Positions 37,625-49,689 of a stretch of DNA of 64,000 nucleotides are shown here, piece by piece. The stretch's first letter is position 1. Each line of letters opens with the position of its first letter. A program made the translations under genes and the position numbers. The notes under the pieces are model-generated. The model worked only from the letters and a program-made list of their open reading frames with translations, was not told where the DNA came from and did no database searches. Source of the stretch: Eledone cirrhosa (Eukaryota); contig OZ024744.1 in the NCBI GenBank assembly GCA_964016885.1, positions 60,326,001 through 60,390,000 on the forward strand, given 5' to 3'.

Positions 37625-38600
37625 TCTACTTTTCCTGCTAGCAAGAAAGGATGCCAGCAGAAACATTTTCATACACAATGACTCCGCCTTTCCCTACAGG
37701 GCCAAAATGGCCTATATACAGAATTATATCTCCCAGATACGCAACAGATGCAGAGAGGGTAGCAACAGACATACCAGCACGCTGGAATTCCAGAGAGTTC
37801 TCACCAAAAAATGGCTTCCTTACTTATTTTACCAAACACAGAAATGCCAAGGCAGCAGCATGTAAACGAACAAAGGGGACACATGCCCCTGAAGATAATA
37901 TTTGCTAACTAAAGCCGTCACATTTCAATGAGAAGATAACAGCTGCTATCAGATAAGCCATCCATAGGGAGGGTCTGAATATATGGATGGCATATTCTGA
38001 ACCATCTTTGAGGAGACTGTTCCACAGACACTAACCCACATACAGCGATATATGCACACTTCCTAATTGTCCCATCAACAACACAAAAGTGTGCATGAGA
38101 TCATATGAGGTCTATAAGATCATGTGCAAAAAATGCAGCACCTCATACATCAGAAGTACCATAAGGAGGCTACATATACAGATCAAGGAATATGTGACAT
38201 TGAGAGCTTCTTCCATCAATAAACATCTTGAGATGCTGCAACCAAGACATTGAAGTTAGCATAGAAGCAAGTGAAAGGAATACAGGAAATTTAAGAATTA
38301 AGGAAGCCATTTTAATTAGTTAATTAAAGCAAGAAATAAAAAATATATCAGTAAGGCACAAGGTGGAACGGTTACTATAGCAACCCTGTGCATGTGCATA
38401 CATTTTTACAACACATACGACCAGTTGCAGAAGAAAGGTCAAATTGTTTGGGTGTTTTCACTAAGACTGTTTCAGTCCCGCATCTGAAAAGAAGGTAATA
38501 GCCCTGAAATATCATGCCAAAATACACTGGGTAAACATTACTTTACTTTGTTTCGTTTCATTTACCATCATTTACCCTTCGTATTTTCTAGTGTGTTGTA
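37625..38600 (+). mobile_element. Penelope-like 3' fragment (GIY-YIG) with hammerhead-like remnant
   Basis: VYKIMCKKCSTSYIRSTIRRLHIQIKE at ~38110; ctgaaaagaagg..cctgaaa at 38484-38509. Confidence 0.7.
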
Positions 38601-38914
38601 CTGACTTTAAAGAAAAAACTTATCACTTATTGACTCTGAAACTGGATTTACACCAGGACTTTACTTGAACTTCCACCTGAATATCTTTCGGATCACTGAA
38701 TTATTTTCTTTGCTTCTTGCATTATTTGACCTAGCAGAAAAACCGCCCTTGAGCGGTTTTCTGCTAGCATATGTACTGTGTGTATTATACGCAAATATAT
38801 ATATGTAAATTGAAAAGTAAATTGACAATATCTTCTTTGCCCACTTATTTCTGAGAGGGTCGTGGGGGCAGAATCCTTCTTAAACACTCCTTCCAGCGAG
38901 TCTATCAGAAGCAA

Positions 38915-39480
38915 ACATCTCTAACTGATCCAGCTGGATCCCAAAGTCTGACCAGCCAAGCTCATGGTTGTTATCCAACTATCTTGCTCAGGGTCTACCT
39001 CTGGGTCTCTTGATGGTTGGTTTTGCCTGTAAAATGTGTCCAGCAATTTTTTACTGAGACATTCTAACCACATGTTCATAATATCGGAGTTGTGATCTCT
39101 CAATTCGGAGAAGTAGCGGTTCTACCAGGAGTGACTCTCTGGTCTCTGAGTTATACACTTTATCAAGTAATGTTACTCCAAAGAGTAATCCAATTTCTGC
39201 CACTTTTATTTGCAATTGTATTCTTTTGGTCATTACTCAAGATTCATGATCCTCGGTAAGAGTTGGCAGGAATACCAGGAAGACAGCGAGTTTGGCTTTT
39301 ACACCTACACCCTTCTTCTGATTGCTGAGGCTGGCGCATTACTGCATCAGCTTTTGCAATTCTTGCACTTAATTCAGCCTCCTGCATTCCATCACTCATG
39401 AACACGGCTCCAAGATCCTTGAACTTCTCTAGCTGCTTCAGTAGAACTCCATTCACATGTATATAAATTTGAGGGACTTC
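38915..39480 (-). mobile_element. RTE (Expander/Rex3-like) 3' fragment
   Basis: QLEKFKDLGAVFMSDG, VEPLLLRIERSQLRYYEHVVRM. Confidence 0.75.
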
Positions 39481-39654
39481 TGTCCACCCATCCATCACAC
39501 AATGTATATGTGTGTTTGTGTGAGTGTATGTGTGTGTAAAAGGAAGGAAAGGGATACACACATATATATGTCTCTAACTTAAAAACAGTGACACACACGT
39601 CTCTAATTTAAGACCACCCACAAACTTGCACGTGCACATACACACACTGTCCTA

Positions 39655-40333
39655 TTACCACTCAAGAGCTTTGGCCCGGGCAAACATCCCCTCAATTTTG
39701 GAACCATCTGGGTTGTCCAGAATTGATGGGAAAAGACTTATGGTCTTACTCTGTGCTCCTGGTCAAGAGGCAGGTGCCTTACCTGGGACATCACAGTTAG
39801 TGACTCTTTTGCTTCTTCCCACATCCTGGATGCAGCGGTAAGGGTGAGAACTACAGCATCCGCTGAACGGAACAAAATCCTAAAATACTGTGTTCTGTCA
39901 GCTAACTACATTATCCAGCCAGTGGCGTTCAAGACGTTTGGAGGAGTCGGGCTACTGACAGCGAGGTTCTTATTTTCACTGGTGGCTTGCCAAACAGAGG
40001 TAACTGGTGATACTCGTGAGGGCACTTGATTGTTCCAGCACCTCAGCCTTGCCATTACCCCAGGTAACGCTGCGAGCATGCTGGCTTACCTCAAAAATTA
40101 TTAGAGAGGTTTCCCAGTGCTCCTTGCTATATTTTGCTCTGGTAGTGTCTCGTTTTCTATTCTTTTGCCTGCATATTGTTTTGTGTGCTCTAAGATGTGG
40201 GTATTATGTGCTTGTGTATATTTTCTTTCTTTCTTTCCTTTCCCTTTCCTTTGTATAAATTATATTTGTTAGTGTTTTTGTTCTGTAATTATTATAGTAA
40301 ATATTTATACAAATGAGTTTTAAAAAAAAAAAA
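39655..40333 (+). mobile_element. CRE-like 3' fragment with A-rich tail
   Basis: RALARANIPSILEPSGLSRIDGKR, PVAFKTFGGVG, LSLAI..GNAA. Confidence 0.78.
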
Positions 40334-41000
40334 GAGTTAAACTGTGTTGTTAATAAATAAATAAAAAGTTGTACTTTTACCCTCCCATTTCCAATTCCCC
40401 GAACGCTATCATGACAGTATGTGTGTGTTTTGTGTAAATGTATATGTGTGAATGTGTGAATGTATATGTGTGAATGTGTGTTTATGTAAGTGTGAATGTG
40501 TGTTTGTGTGAATGTATGTATGTGTTTGTGTGAAAGTATGTGTGTTTGTGTGAATGTATGTATGTGTTTGTGTGAAAGTATGTGTGTTTGTGTGAATGTA
40601 TGTATGTGTTTGTGTGAAAGTATGTGTGTTTGTGTGAATGGGACATCATAGTTAGTGACTCTTTTGCTACCGTGTTCTGTTAGTTAACTGCATTATCCAG
40701 CCTATGTGGTCTTAGATGTGGGTATTACATGCTTGTGTATTTTTTCTCTTTCTTTTTTCCGTTTCCCTTTCCTTTGTATATATTATACTTGTTTGTGTTT
40801 TCGTTCTGTAAGCATTATATTAAATTTTTATACAAATGAGTTTAAAAAAAAAAAGAGTTAAACTGTGTTAATAAATAAATAAAAAGTTGTACTTTTACCC
40901 TCCCATTTCCAATTCACCAAACGCTATCATGACTGTATGTGTGTGTTTGTGTAAATGTATATGTGTGAATGTGTGTTTGTGTGAATGTATATGTGTGAAA
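40190..41000 (+). repeat. Diverged local duplication (~40190-40450 and ~40715-40990) around a TGTGTGAA-type minisatellite
   Basis: Repeated ...tacaaatgagttt(t)aaaaaaaaaa..gagttaaactgtgtt...cctcccatttccaattc..cgctatcatgac. Confidence 0.85.
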
Positions 41001-41519
41001 GTATGTGTATTTATCTGAATGTATGTCCGTGAGCATGTATTTTTATAAGTTTGTGTTTGCACGATTATAGTTATATACTCATACATATAGATGTACGTAT
41101 GTGCACAATCATACGCGTCAGCGTGTAGAAAATCATAATCTCTATCTCTCTCATCACAAACTCTTTCTTTCTATATATATATATGGTAGTTGAAGTGGTG
41201 GTGGTGGTGGTGGCAACGATATACCGGAAGTGTAGATATTTGAAACTTTCAAAGGAGGTCAATTTTAAATTATTTATAAATACGACATATCGTTACGATG
41301 TTTGCGAAAATGTAAAACAAATATTTATATCCCAGACAGAAATCTTGACTTATTTCTAGATACTTTTTTTATACAATTGTCTGCTGGTGGATTTTGTATT
41401 TCGCTCTATATCTTCACCATTAACAAGAGGAAGGCAACGACGACAACAGTGACATTAACAACAACTCTACCATTAACAAGAGGAAGCCAACCCCAGCATC
41501 AGTGACTCACCTCCAGCCA

Positions 41520-43030
41520 CAAGGTCCTATGACAAACTGCTAAGTTGCTCGCATGTGTGCGTGCTGAACTTTGGGTCTTTCCGCTGGGAACAAGCCCTTG
41601 TTTTCTCTCCCTCCTCCCTCCCTTTTTTTTGTTTACATCCATCCATTCATTTACTGCCATTTCTACCTTCCTGTGTCTCCCTCTCCATGCAGCCCCTTTC
41701 GCTCTCGTTTTCTGGCACCTCCATATATATAGGTGAGCTATGCGGCCCTCTTACCAGCACTTTCCCTTCCACCTACACACGCCAGCCACCCACCCCTGAT
41801 GCCACTCGGTGCCCCAGTCCCCGGCGCATTGACCCATCCCCCACCCCTCCAAATTGACACCTGCAGCACTTGCGGCACCACTAACAAACGGAAGAGGAGT
41901 CGGAACTGTTTGGGGTGCAGCTGTTTCCACCACCTCACCTGCGTTGGCTTGACTCGTCGAGCTTCTAATGCCCTCACAGCGTGGAGGTGTAGGAGCTGCC
42001 TCTTCCCCACATCTTCCCAGCCACGGTCATCTGGTACACCACCAGATGGGACAGCGAGCTTGCCTGATGCCCGAGCCTCGCTGGTCAACATCGCTCGGCT
42101 TAGGCAGCTCCGGAAGATCCCACTCAGGATCCCAAGAGCGGCACGAGTGCCAGTAGCCGATACCCTCGCTTCCTCGATTAAGAGCGCCCTTGACTCCAAT
42201 CTAGCCAGTGACTGGGAGCGGCTGTTCTATTTCGCCCCACTCGCCCTCGGCCTCCCCAGCTCTGGCGCTAACCAGGGCGGCCGGTCAACAGCAGCCTTCG
42301 TCAAGGCCAATGTCTCGTCATTTGGGCGAGAGCCCATTCCAAGCATGCCCAGGGACGCCACACACCCCACCCTCAAGTACCCCCTATCCTCCACCCCCGA
42401 GGCCATTGCCAAGCGTTTGCGTGACCAGGTAAACGCCAAGCTTATCATGGGTGATGTCTCGGCCACAGTCAGAGTTGTTGCCCCAGAGGACACTGTCCGC
42501 CAACCCACCAAGGAGGTCCTGGCTGCTCTGCGGCTCAAACACCCTGACCCACCCACTGATCTCAGACGCATATCCCCACCCGACCTCCACTTGCTCCTTG
42601 TGGCTTCTGATGCAGATATCATGTCCGCCATCAGGTCCTTCCCAGCTAGCAGCTGCGGAAGTGTTGATGGTCTCCGACCATGCCACCTCAAGGAGTTGAC
42701 ATCCCCCCTCTCTGCTGAGGCCGGGCGCCGCCTTCTGAGTGCAATTGTGGCGCTCACCAATTGGCTCATCCATGCCCGAAGCCTCTTTTATTCAGCCAGC
42801 CTCACTGCTCTCAGGAATAAAGAGGGTGGCATACGCCCCATTGCTGTGGGCAATGTCTTCCGGAGGCTGGCTTCTAAGGTGATCTGCAAGTCTGTCACAC
42901 ACGAACTGGGTGAGGAGTTTAGTCCGGTGCAACTGGGTGTCAGCCTGTCCGGTGGCTGTGAGGGGGCCGCTCATGCAACCAGGCAGTTCTTCAGCAGCTG
43001 CCCATCGGTACCGGCATCCAGAAGCTGGTA
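41520..43030 (+). mobile_element. CRE-like non-LTR element 5' half; ORF 41733-43031 with PHD-type finger and RT N-terminus
   Basis: C4HC3 motif, GSVDGLRPCHLK, GGIRPIAVGNVFRRL, QLGV. Confidence 0.85.
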
Positions 43031-43034
43031 GCTA

Positions 43035-44210
43035 TATTAGATGAGGTTATTTGCAGTGACATTGCAACTGACGTATTAGCAGCGAGAATGGCATTAGACC
43101 ATTTCTTCAATGCGAAACACGAAGGTTGCATTGACAGAGCTAAGGTGCATGCTCTAAGAAACGAGGAAACCAAAGTTGTTCAATGGGCCAGTGTGGCGGA
43201 GGTGCAACATGGTAGGAAAACTGCATTTCAGTCTTTGACAGACAGAAACGATCATGAGCTGAATGATTCCAGACAAATGTGTGAGGCCCTTCGCCAGCAC
43301 TTTGCTTAGCTGTTTGGGGGAAGCAGATTTCAGACGGTAGCAGATTTCAGTCCCTACCTCAACGGCCTACCGCATTTTGCAACAGCTGATGCTGAGCACT
43401 CTGAAAGGCCAATAACTTCAGGAATCAGGATTCCCTAGTCATCTAGTTTGGATGGTCTGCCCTACAAGCTTTACATATGCCAGACTGGTTCTCCAATCTC
43501 CTTGGAGTGCTCTACTGCAGCTAGCAGCAGAATGGGAGTATTCTCATTTCCGTGAATCGGGGTGTAGTGATGCTGATAAGGAAAGATGAGAACAAGAGGC
43601 ATATATTAGACAACTTCAGTCCCATAACTCTACTAATTACAGAGTTTAAGATTTTGGCCAAGGTGTTAGCAAAGATGTTGGCACTTGTTTTCAATGATTT
43701 GGTGGGGGGGGGGGGGGGCACAAACTTGCAGAATTATGACCAGGTCTACAAGACAACCTTCATCTCATGCGATACATCATAGAGGGGGTAGGGTGTAAAC
43801 CTGGCTTTGGTGGGGCTCTGATCAATTTAGATCAACCGAAGGCTTTCAATAGAGTCAACATCAATACCTGGAGGCTGTCCTCAAGGCAGCTGGCTTTGGT
43901 CCCCAGAGGCTGGATTGCTGCAACATACAATGGCATCTGCTCAGTGGTTAAAGTTAATGGCCATCTTCAGGAACTGTTTCAGATCTCCTGATCGGTTCGA
44001 CAACTGTACGTATTGGCTCTCAAACTTTTACTGCAGAAGCTGGCACTGTTGCAGAGCATCCCACTCAAACTGGGACACAGAAGGGCTGTATTGGCATATG
44101 TGGGCAACATTACTGTTATGGTGTGGACAACTCAGAAATCAAGGAGGAATATGAAAGATTGACAGGACCAAAACTAAACCCAGAAAAGTAAGTGGGCTGC
44201 AGCTTGGCAC
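43035..44210 (+). mobile_element. L1/Tx1-like LINE RT fragment, degenerate
   Basis: DGLPYKLY, GVVMLIRK, NFSPITLLITEFKILAKVLA, LINLDQPKAFNRV. Confidence 0.75.
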
Positions 44211-44214
44211 CTCA

Positions 44215-45635
44215 ATACCAGCAACATGTCACCTCTACTATACGTCAATTCATCCTCTCTTCTACCAACCTTATTGTCTGCACTACACAGATGTCCACTA
44301 TCTACTTCCTCCCCAAATTACACAAGCACAACAACCACCCCATCGTCTCAACCTGTAATTGCCCCACTGAACTTGTTTCAGTTTATCTCAATTCCATCTT
44401 CTTCCCCCCTGGAAGCCACCCTACCTTCTCACATATCTGACACCAACCATGCACTCCACCTCGTCGACTCCTTCCTCTTCCCACTTGGCTCTGGTCATCT
44501 CCCATAGCGAAGGTCTCCTGGCCCTGTAACACTTCCTTAACCTTCGACCTTCCCCTCTACCTTCCATCTATCCTTATTCGCTCAGCCAAGTTGACCCTCT
44601 CCCTCAACTGTTTCTCCTTCTTGGGTGAGATTTACCAACAGATGATGCGGTGTAGTCATGGGAACAAGAATGGGCCCCAACTTACCAACCTATTTGTTGA
44701 CTATGTTGAGGTTCAGGTCTTTTCACAATACTCTGGTCCAACCCCAGAGCTGTACAGTCGTTACATTGACGACTGTTTTGGTGCCACATCTCTCACTCAA
44801 GCCCAGCTCGATTCCTTTTTGCGCTTTCTCTGCTCCTTCAACCCCACCCTTGAGTTTACCACCTTTATCTCCACTTCTGTTAACTTCCTGGACATCTGAA
44901 TCCATTGACCCCTCCAATCGCTCCCTCATCACCTCCGCCAACTTCAAACCCTCAGACTCCCACACCTACCTCGACTACACCTCCTCCTACGACACTCATA
45001 TAAAACACTCCATCTACACCGTTTGTGTAGTTGAACCCATGATTTTGAGATTCCATCTCATTTCTTGGCCAGGCTTTTCAAAAGACCTGATCCAATGACA
45101 TCGATCACTCCACTACCCTACCAACCAACTGCCAATCCCCCTCACCTACCACCCTTCTACCTTGCTCCTCCAAAAATTGATCCTGTCTTTTCTGCCGCCT
45201 ACAGTTGGATTCCTCCACCTTACCCCATTTTTCCACTTCCACCCCTCCCTTGATTCAAGCACGTTCGTAATCTTTGGAACCTCTTCATCCCCAACTCATC
45301 TCCTGGATCCCACCCATGTTCCCAATCCTGCTACCATACATGCAGCTTTATCTACAACCCCACCACCTTTTTCTGTCCCAATGGCCAGTCTTCTGGCTTA
45401 AGTACCACTTCAGCTGCACCTCCACCAGTCTTGTCTATGGGCTCTGTTGTACTCTATGCAGAGCCATCTACATTAGCCAAACTGGCCAATGTCTGGGACA
45501 TCCAGGTCGGCAACCCAACCCCAATCTCACAACATTTTCAATCCACCAGCCACTCCACATACCAGTTCAGTGTCTTCAAGCTTGCACATTGTGCCAGACC
45601 TGCTGACTCCACATGCCTGCTTTACACAAACTTTT
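44215..45635 (+). mobile_element. Penelope-like fragment related to 17055-19215
   Basis: YFLPKLHK, NCPTELVS, MGTRMGP, RYIDDCFG, VNFLDI, KPSDSHTYLDYTS, VYGLCC..IYISQT. Confidence 0.85.
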
Positions 45636-45679
45636 TTTAAAAATATACGTTTAAACATACACATACACTTTGCATCTCC

Positions 45680-48560
45680 ACACTGCGAGGGCAGCGTGGA
45701 GATGCAGAAACTGTCTCTTCCCCTCGTCTGCCTAGCCACGGCCATCTGGCACACCACCAGATGAGACAGCAAGCTTGCCTGATGCCCAAGCCTCACTGGT
45801 CAACATCACTCAGCTCAGCTGGCTCCAGAAGATTCTACTCAAGATCCTGAGAGCGGCCCAGGTGCCAGTAGCCAATGCCCTCGCTTCCTCAATTGAGAGT
45901 GCCCTGGACTCCAATCGAGCCAGCGACTGGGAGCGCCTCTTCTATTTCACCCCACTCACTCTTGACCTCCCCAGCTCTGGTGCTGACTGAAACGGCCTGT
46001 CAACAGCAGCCTTTTGTAAAGGCCAATGTTTCGTCTTTTGGGCAAGCGCACATTCCAAGAGTGCTGAAGGATGCCACACACCCTGCTCTTGGGTGCCCCT
46101 AATCCTCCACCTGAGGCCAGCGCTAAACTAATCATGGGTGATGTCTCAGCCACAGTCAGAGTGGTTGTCTCAGAGGACACTGTCCTCCAACCCACCGAAG
46201 AGGTCCTGACTGCCCTGTGACTCAAGCACCCTGAGCTACCCACTGACCGCTGACCCATACCCCCACCCGATCTTCACCTGCTCCTTGTGACTTCTAACGC
46301 AGACATCATGTCTGTCATCAAGTCCTTCCAAGCTAGCAACAGTGGAGGTGCTGATGGTCTCTGACCAGGCCACCTCAAGGAGTTGCTATCTCCCCTCTCC
46401 GCTGAGGCAGGCGCCGCCTTCTGAGTGCAATTGTGGCACTCACCAATAGGCTTATCCATGGCGCCCTGCATCCTCACACCCGAGGCTTCTTTTTTTTTGG
46501 CTAGCCTGACCGGCAATGGGGTGTATGTCACCCTCTTTCTTCTCAGAAAGAAAGAAGGAGGCATATGCCCCACTGCTGTGGGCAATGTCTTCCAGAGGCT
46601 GGTTGCTAAGGTGGTCTGGGTGTCCGTGTGTCTGGTGGCTGTGAGGGGGCTGCACATGCAACCAGGCAGTTCTTCAACAGCTGCCCACCGGAACCGGCAT
46701 CCAGGGACTCCAGGCACCTCATTGTCAAGCTTGACATGAGGAATGCCTTTAAATGCATATGCCAGGAGCATCTGCTCAATGCCTGCCTCAGCAGAACCCC
46801 CTCTGCCTACCTGCTGGCCTACCTGTCATATGGAGCCCCGAGCATGCTCCTTGCTGCTGATACGGTCATACCTTCAGCCACTGGGGTCCAACAGGGTGAC
46901 CCTTTGGGTCCCCTCCTGTTTGCCCTTGGTATAGACCACATACCTGGAGTATCACGGCCCCTCTCAACGTTTGGTACCTGGATGATGCTACACTGGGCGG
47001 GCTTGTACAGACTGTCTGCCATAACCTACAATCAGTGGTTCCTGCCCTGGTGGGAATCGGCCTCCAGATCAACTCGTCCAAGTCGGAGGTGGTGAATGTC
47101 AGCCATGATGCTGAGAGCTTTGCAGCCTCCATCTCAGACGTGCGGTCCCTTCTCCACCAGGTATAGGTGACCCCCAAAGAGGTTGTCCTCATCCTCGGGT
47201 CACTGATCCACCCGCTGCCCATCCGCTCCACCATCAGGTCCAAGCTCCAACAACTCCAGACCTTCACGAGCTGATTGGACTTGATCGACGGTCACCCAGC
47301 TCTCTTCCTGTTGAGGAACTGCTTTGCCATGCCGAAGCTCCTCTACAGCCTTCGCAGCACTCCGTGCTACAGCCACACATCTCTCCTCGCTAACCTCGAT
47401 ACTTGTATCTGAGCAGCAGCTGAAGAGATATGCAACGTCAGGCTTGACGACATTGGATGGCAACAGATCACTTTACCTGTCAGTTATGGCAGCCTTGGCC
47501 TCCGGTCCCCGATCTCGCTGGCTTTGCCGGCGTTTCTTTCGTCGGAAACCTCATGCCACATCCTCGTCAGCAGGATTCTCCAAAACACAATAGAACCCTC
47601 TGTGATCAGGGAACGTGAGGCCGCCTGTGAGACGTGGGACCGGTTGGGACTTAGCCCAGTAGACGTCCCTTCTCCTCCTGCTAACGGCAAGTCCCCCCCC
47701 CCCCCCCCCAAAGCATTTGGGATTCCTTCCAGTGCAGCCTGGCCTCAAACAGGCTCACGGACCAATTTGACCAGCACCACCTTGCCTCTTTTCGCATGGC
47801 CTCCGAACCCCACAGTGGTGCCTGGTTCCATGCCTGGCCCTCCTTCTCCACTGGAACACAGCTGGATAATGATAGCCTGTACATCGGCATTTCCTTGAGG
47901 CTTGGACTCCGGATCTGCGAGCCACATAAATGTCCCTGTGGATCCACCGTGTACCCTTTCGGCCTCCACCTGCTTTCCTGTCGCCACAGTGCCGGCCGCC
48001 TTCCACGCCGTGCTGCCTCAATGAGGTCATAAAGCATGGCTTGGACGCTGCAGGCTTCCCCTCCCAGCTAGAGCCGGTGGGGCTGGACCAAAGGGATAGC
48101 AAAAGGCCCGACGGTATGACCATCTTCCCGTTCTGTGGTGGCAAACCCCTCGTCTGGGATGCTACTTGCAGAGACACTTTCTCCAGCCACAACTTGGTGC
48201 TGTCTGCGACTAACCCAGGTACTTCTGCACATCGGGCTGAGGAGGCCAAACTCACCAAGTACCGGTCACTCTCCCTCCCAGCTAGAGCCGGTGGGGCTGG
48301 ACCAAAGGGATGGCAAAAGGCCCGACGGTATGACCATCTTTCCGTTCTGTGGTGGCAAACCCCTCGTCTGGGATGCTACTTGCAGCGACACTTTCTCCAG
48401 CCACAACTTGGTGCTGTCTGCGACTAACCCAGGTACTTCTGCACATCGGGCTGAGGAGGCCAAACTCACCAAGTACCGGTCACTCTCCGATAGGTTAGCG
48501 GTCGTGCCTTTGGCAGTGGAGACTTCTGGTGTCCTTGGCCCTAGGGCTACCTCCCTATTC
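45680..48560 (+). mobile_element. CRE-like element, near full length, degenerate (RT + restriction-like endonuclease)
   Basis: KLDMRNAF, GVQQGDPLGPLLF, WYLDD, CPCG..HLLSC, RPDG, WDATC, E..K..KY, PLAVETSG. Confidence 0.9.
48061..48488 (+). repeat. 214-bp tandem duplication of the RLE catalytic segment
   Basis: ctcccagctagagccgg...cggtcactctcc twice (starts 48061 and 48275), few mismatches. Confidence 0.92.
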
Positions 48561-48579
48561 ACCACCACCAGAACTAGAA

Positions 48580-49500
48580 GCTAGCTCCATGAAGAGCACC
48601 CACCAAATAGCTAACTCCATCCATCAGAGCATTAAGGTAACAGTAGACCACACCAGCCATAGATTACCTGTATTAGACACTGAACTCTGGATGGAAACTA
48701 AGAATGATAAAACCCAAATACTCCACTCACATTATACTCCATTCACATTATAGCAAACCTAATCCACGGGAACTCAGCTATCTCAAATACTAAATTCTAA
48801 GCCATTATAAAGAATGATACAAAGGGGATTTTCCTACTATACAGAAGCAAAACATAACATGGAATAGCATAGAAAGGACTAGGAAAAAGATAGGGAAGGC
48901 CAACTCTTGGATGACAGCCAAATATGAGAGGGTCATGTTCATTGATGCTACCCCTAAAGACAAACTAGTGTATCACTTTAGTTAAATTGAACCTTAGGAT
49001 TAAAGTAGTATAAAAACCAGGAGCTACCATGAAATCTCGGATAATTAGAACATACCCCTTTAAGAAAACACCCTGCACTGATAGTCTGCATGAAAAGACC
49101 ACAGATTAACAGCAAAACTAGAAATATAGTCTATAGGATAAGATATACAGAGAAACGGTGCAAAAACAAGATGACATATATAGGAGAAACAGCATGTAGG
49201 AGTAGAAAAGCTCATCAGTACTATACCAACATGCCAAATTAAAACATGGGGGCTCAATAGACAACGTAGAAATAAAGATCCTGTCCCCACATAGAACTGA
49301 TGCAACACTCAGACAAATTACTGAGGCCACCCACATAATAGAAGTTAGACCCAACCTGAACAGAAAGTAACAGTGGAATAGTAACAACCAACAACTTAAT
49401 GACTGAAGACAGAAAAGAGAGAGAAGAAAAAAGGACACAAACAGCAAAACAGCTAATGATAAAAACCCACACACTTAAAACACACACAAACATAATAAAC
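48580..49500 (+). mobile_element. Penelope-like 3' fragment (family of 21822-23845)
   Basis: IANSIHQSIKVTVD, LPVLD, YIGETA; shares gatagggaa.gccaactc.tgg with ~23720. Confidence 0.75.
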
Positions 49501-49689
49501 ACATACACACACATTCTTCAAGCAATGAAGCAAGTCGGTATATTTTTATTCCGTCTATAATGTATGTATAGTTCATCTATATTAGCTGTCCATAGACAGA
49601 GAGACTTCTAGATTTTCTCAGAGCTCAATGTATTTATCCCTACAATTCTCGATTCTCCTAGAGACTAATACGTACATATACTTACTTAT

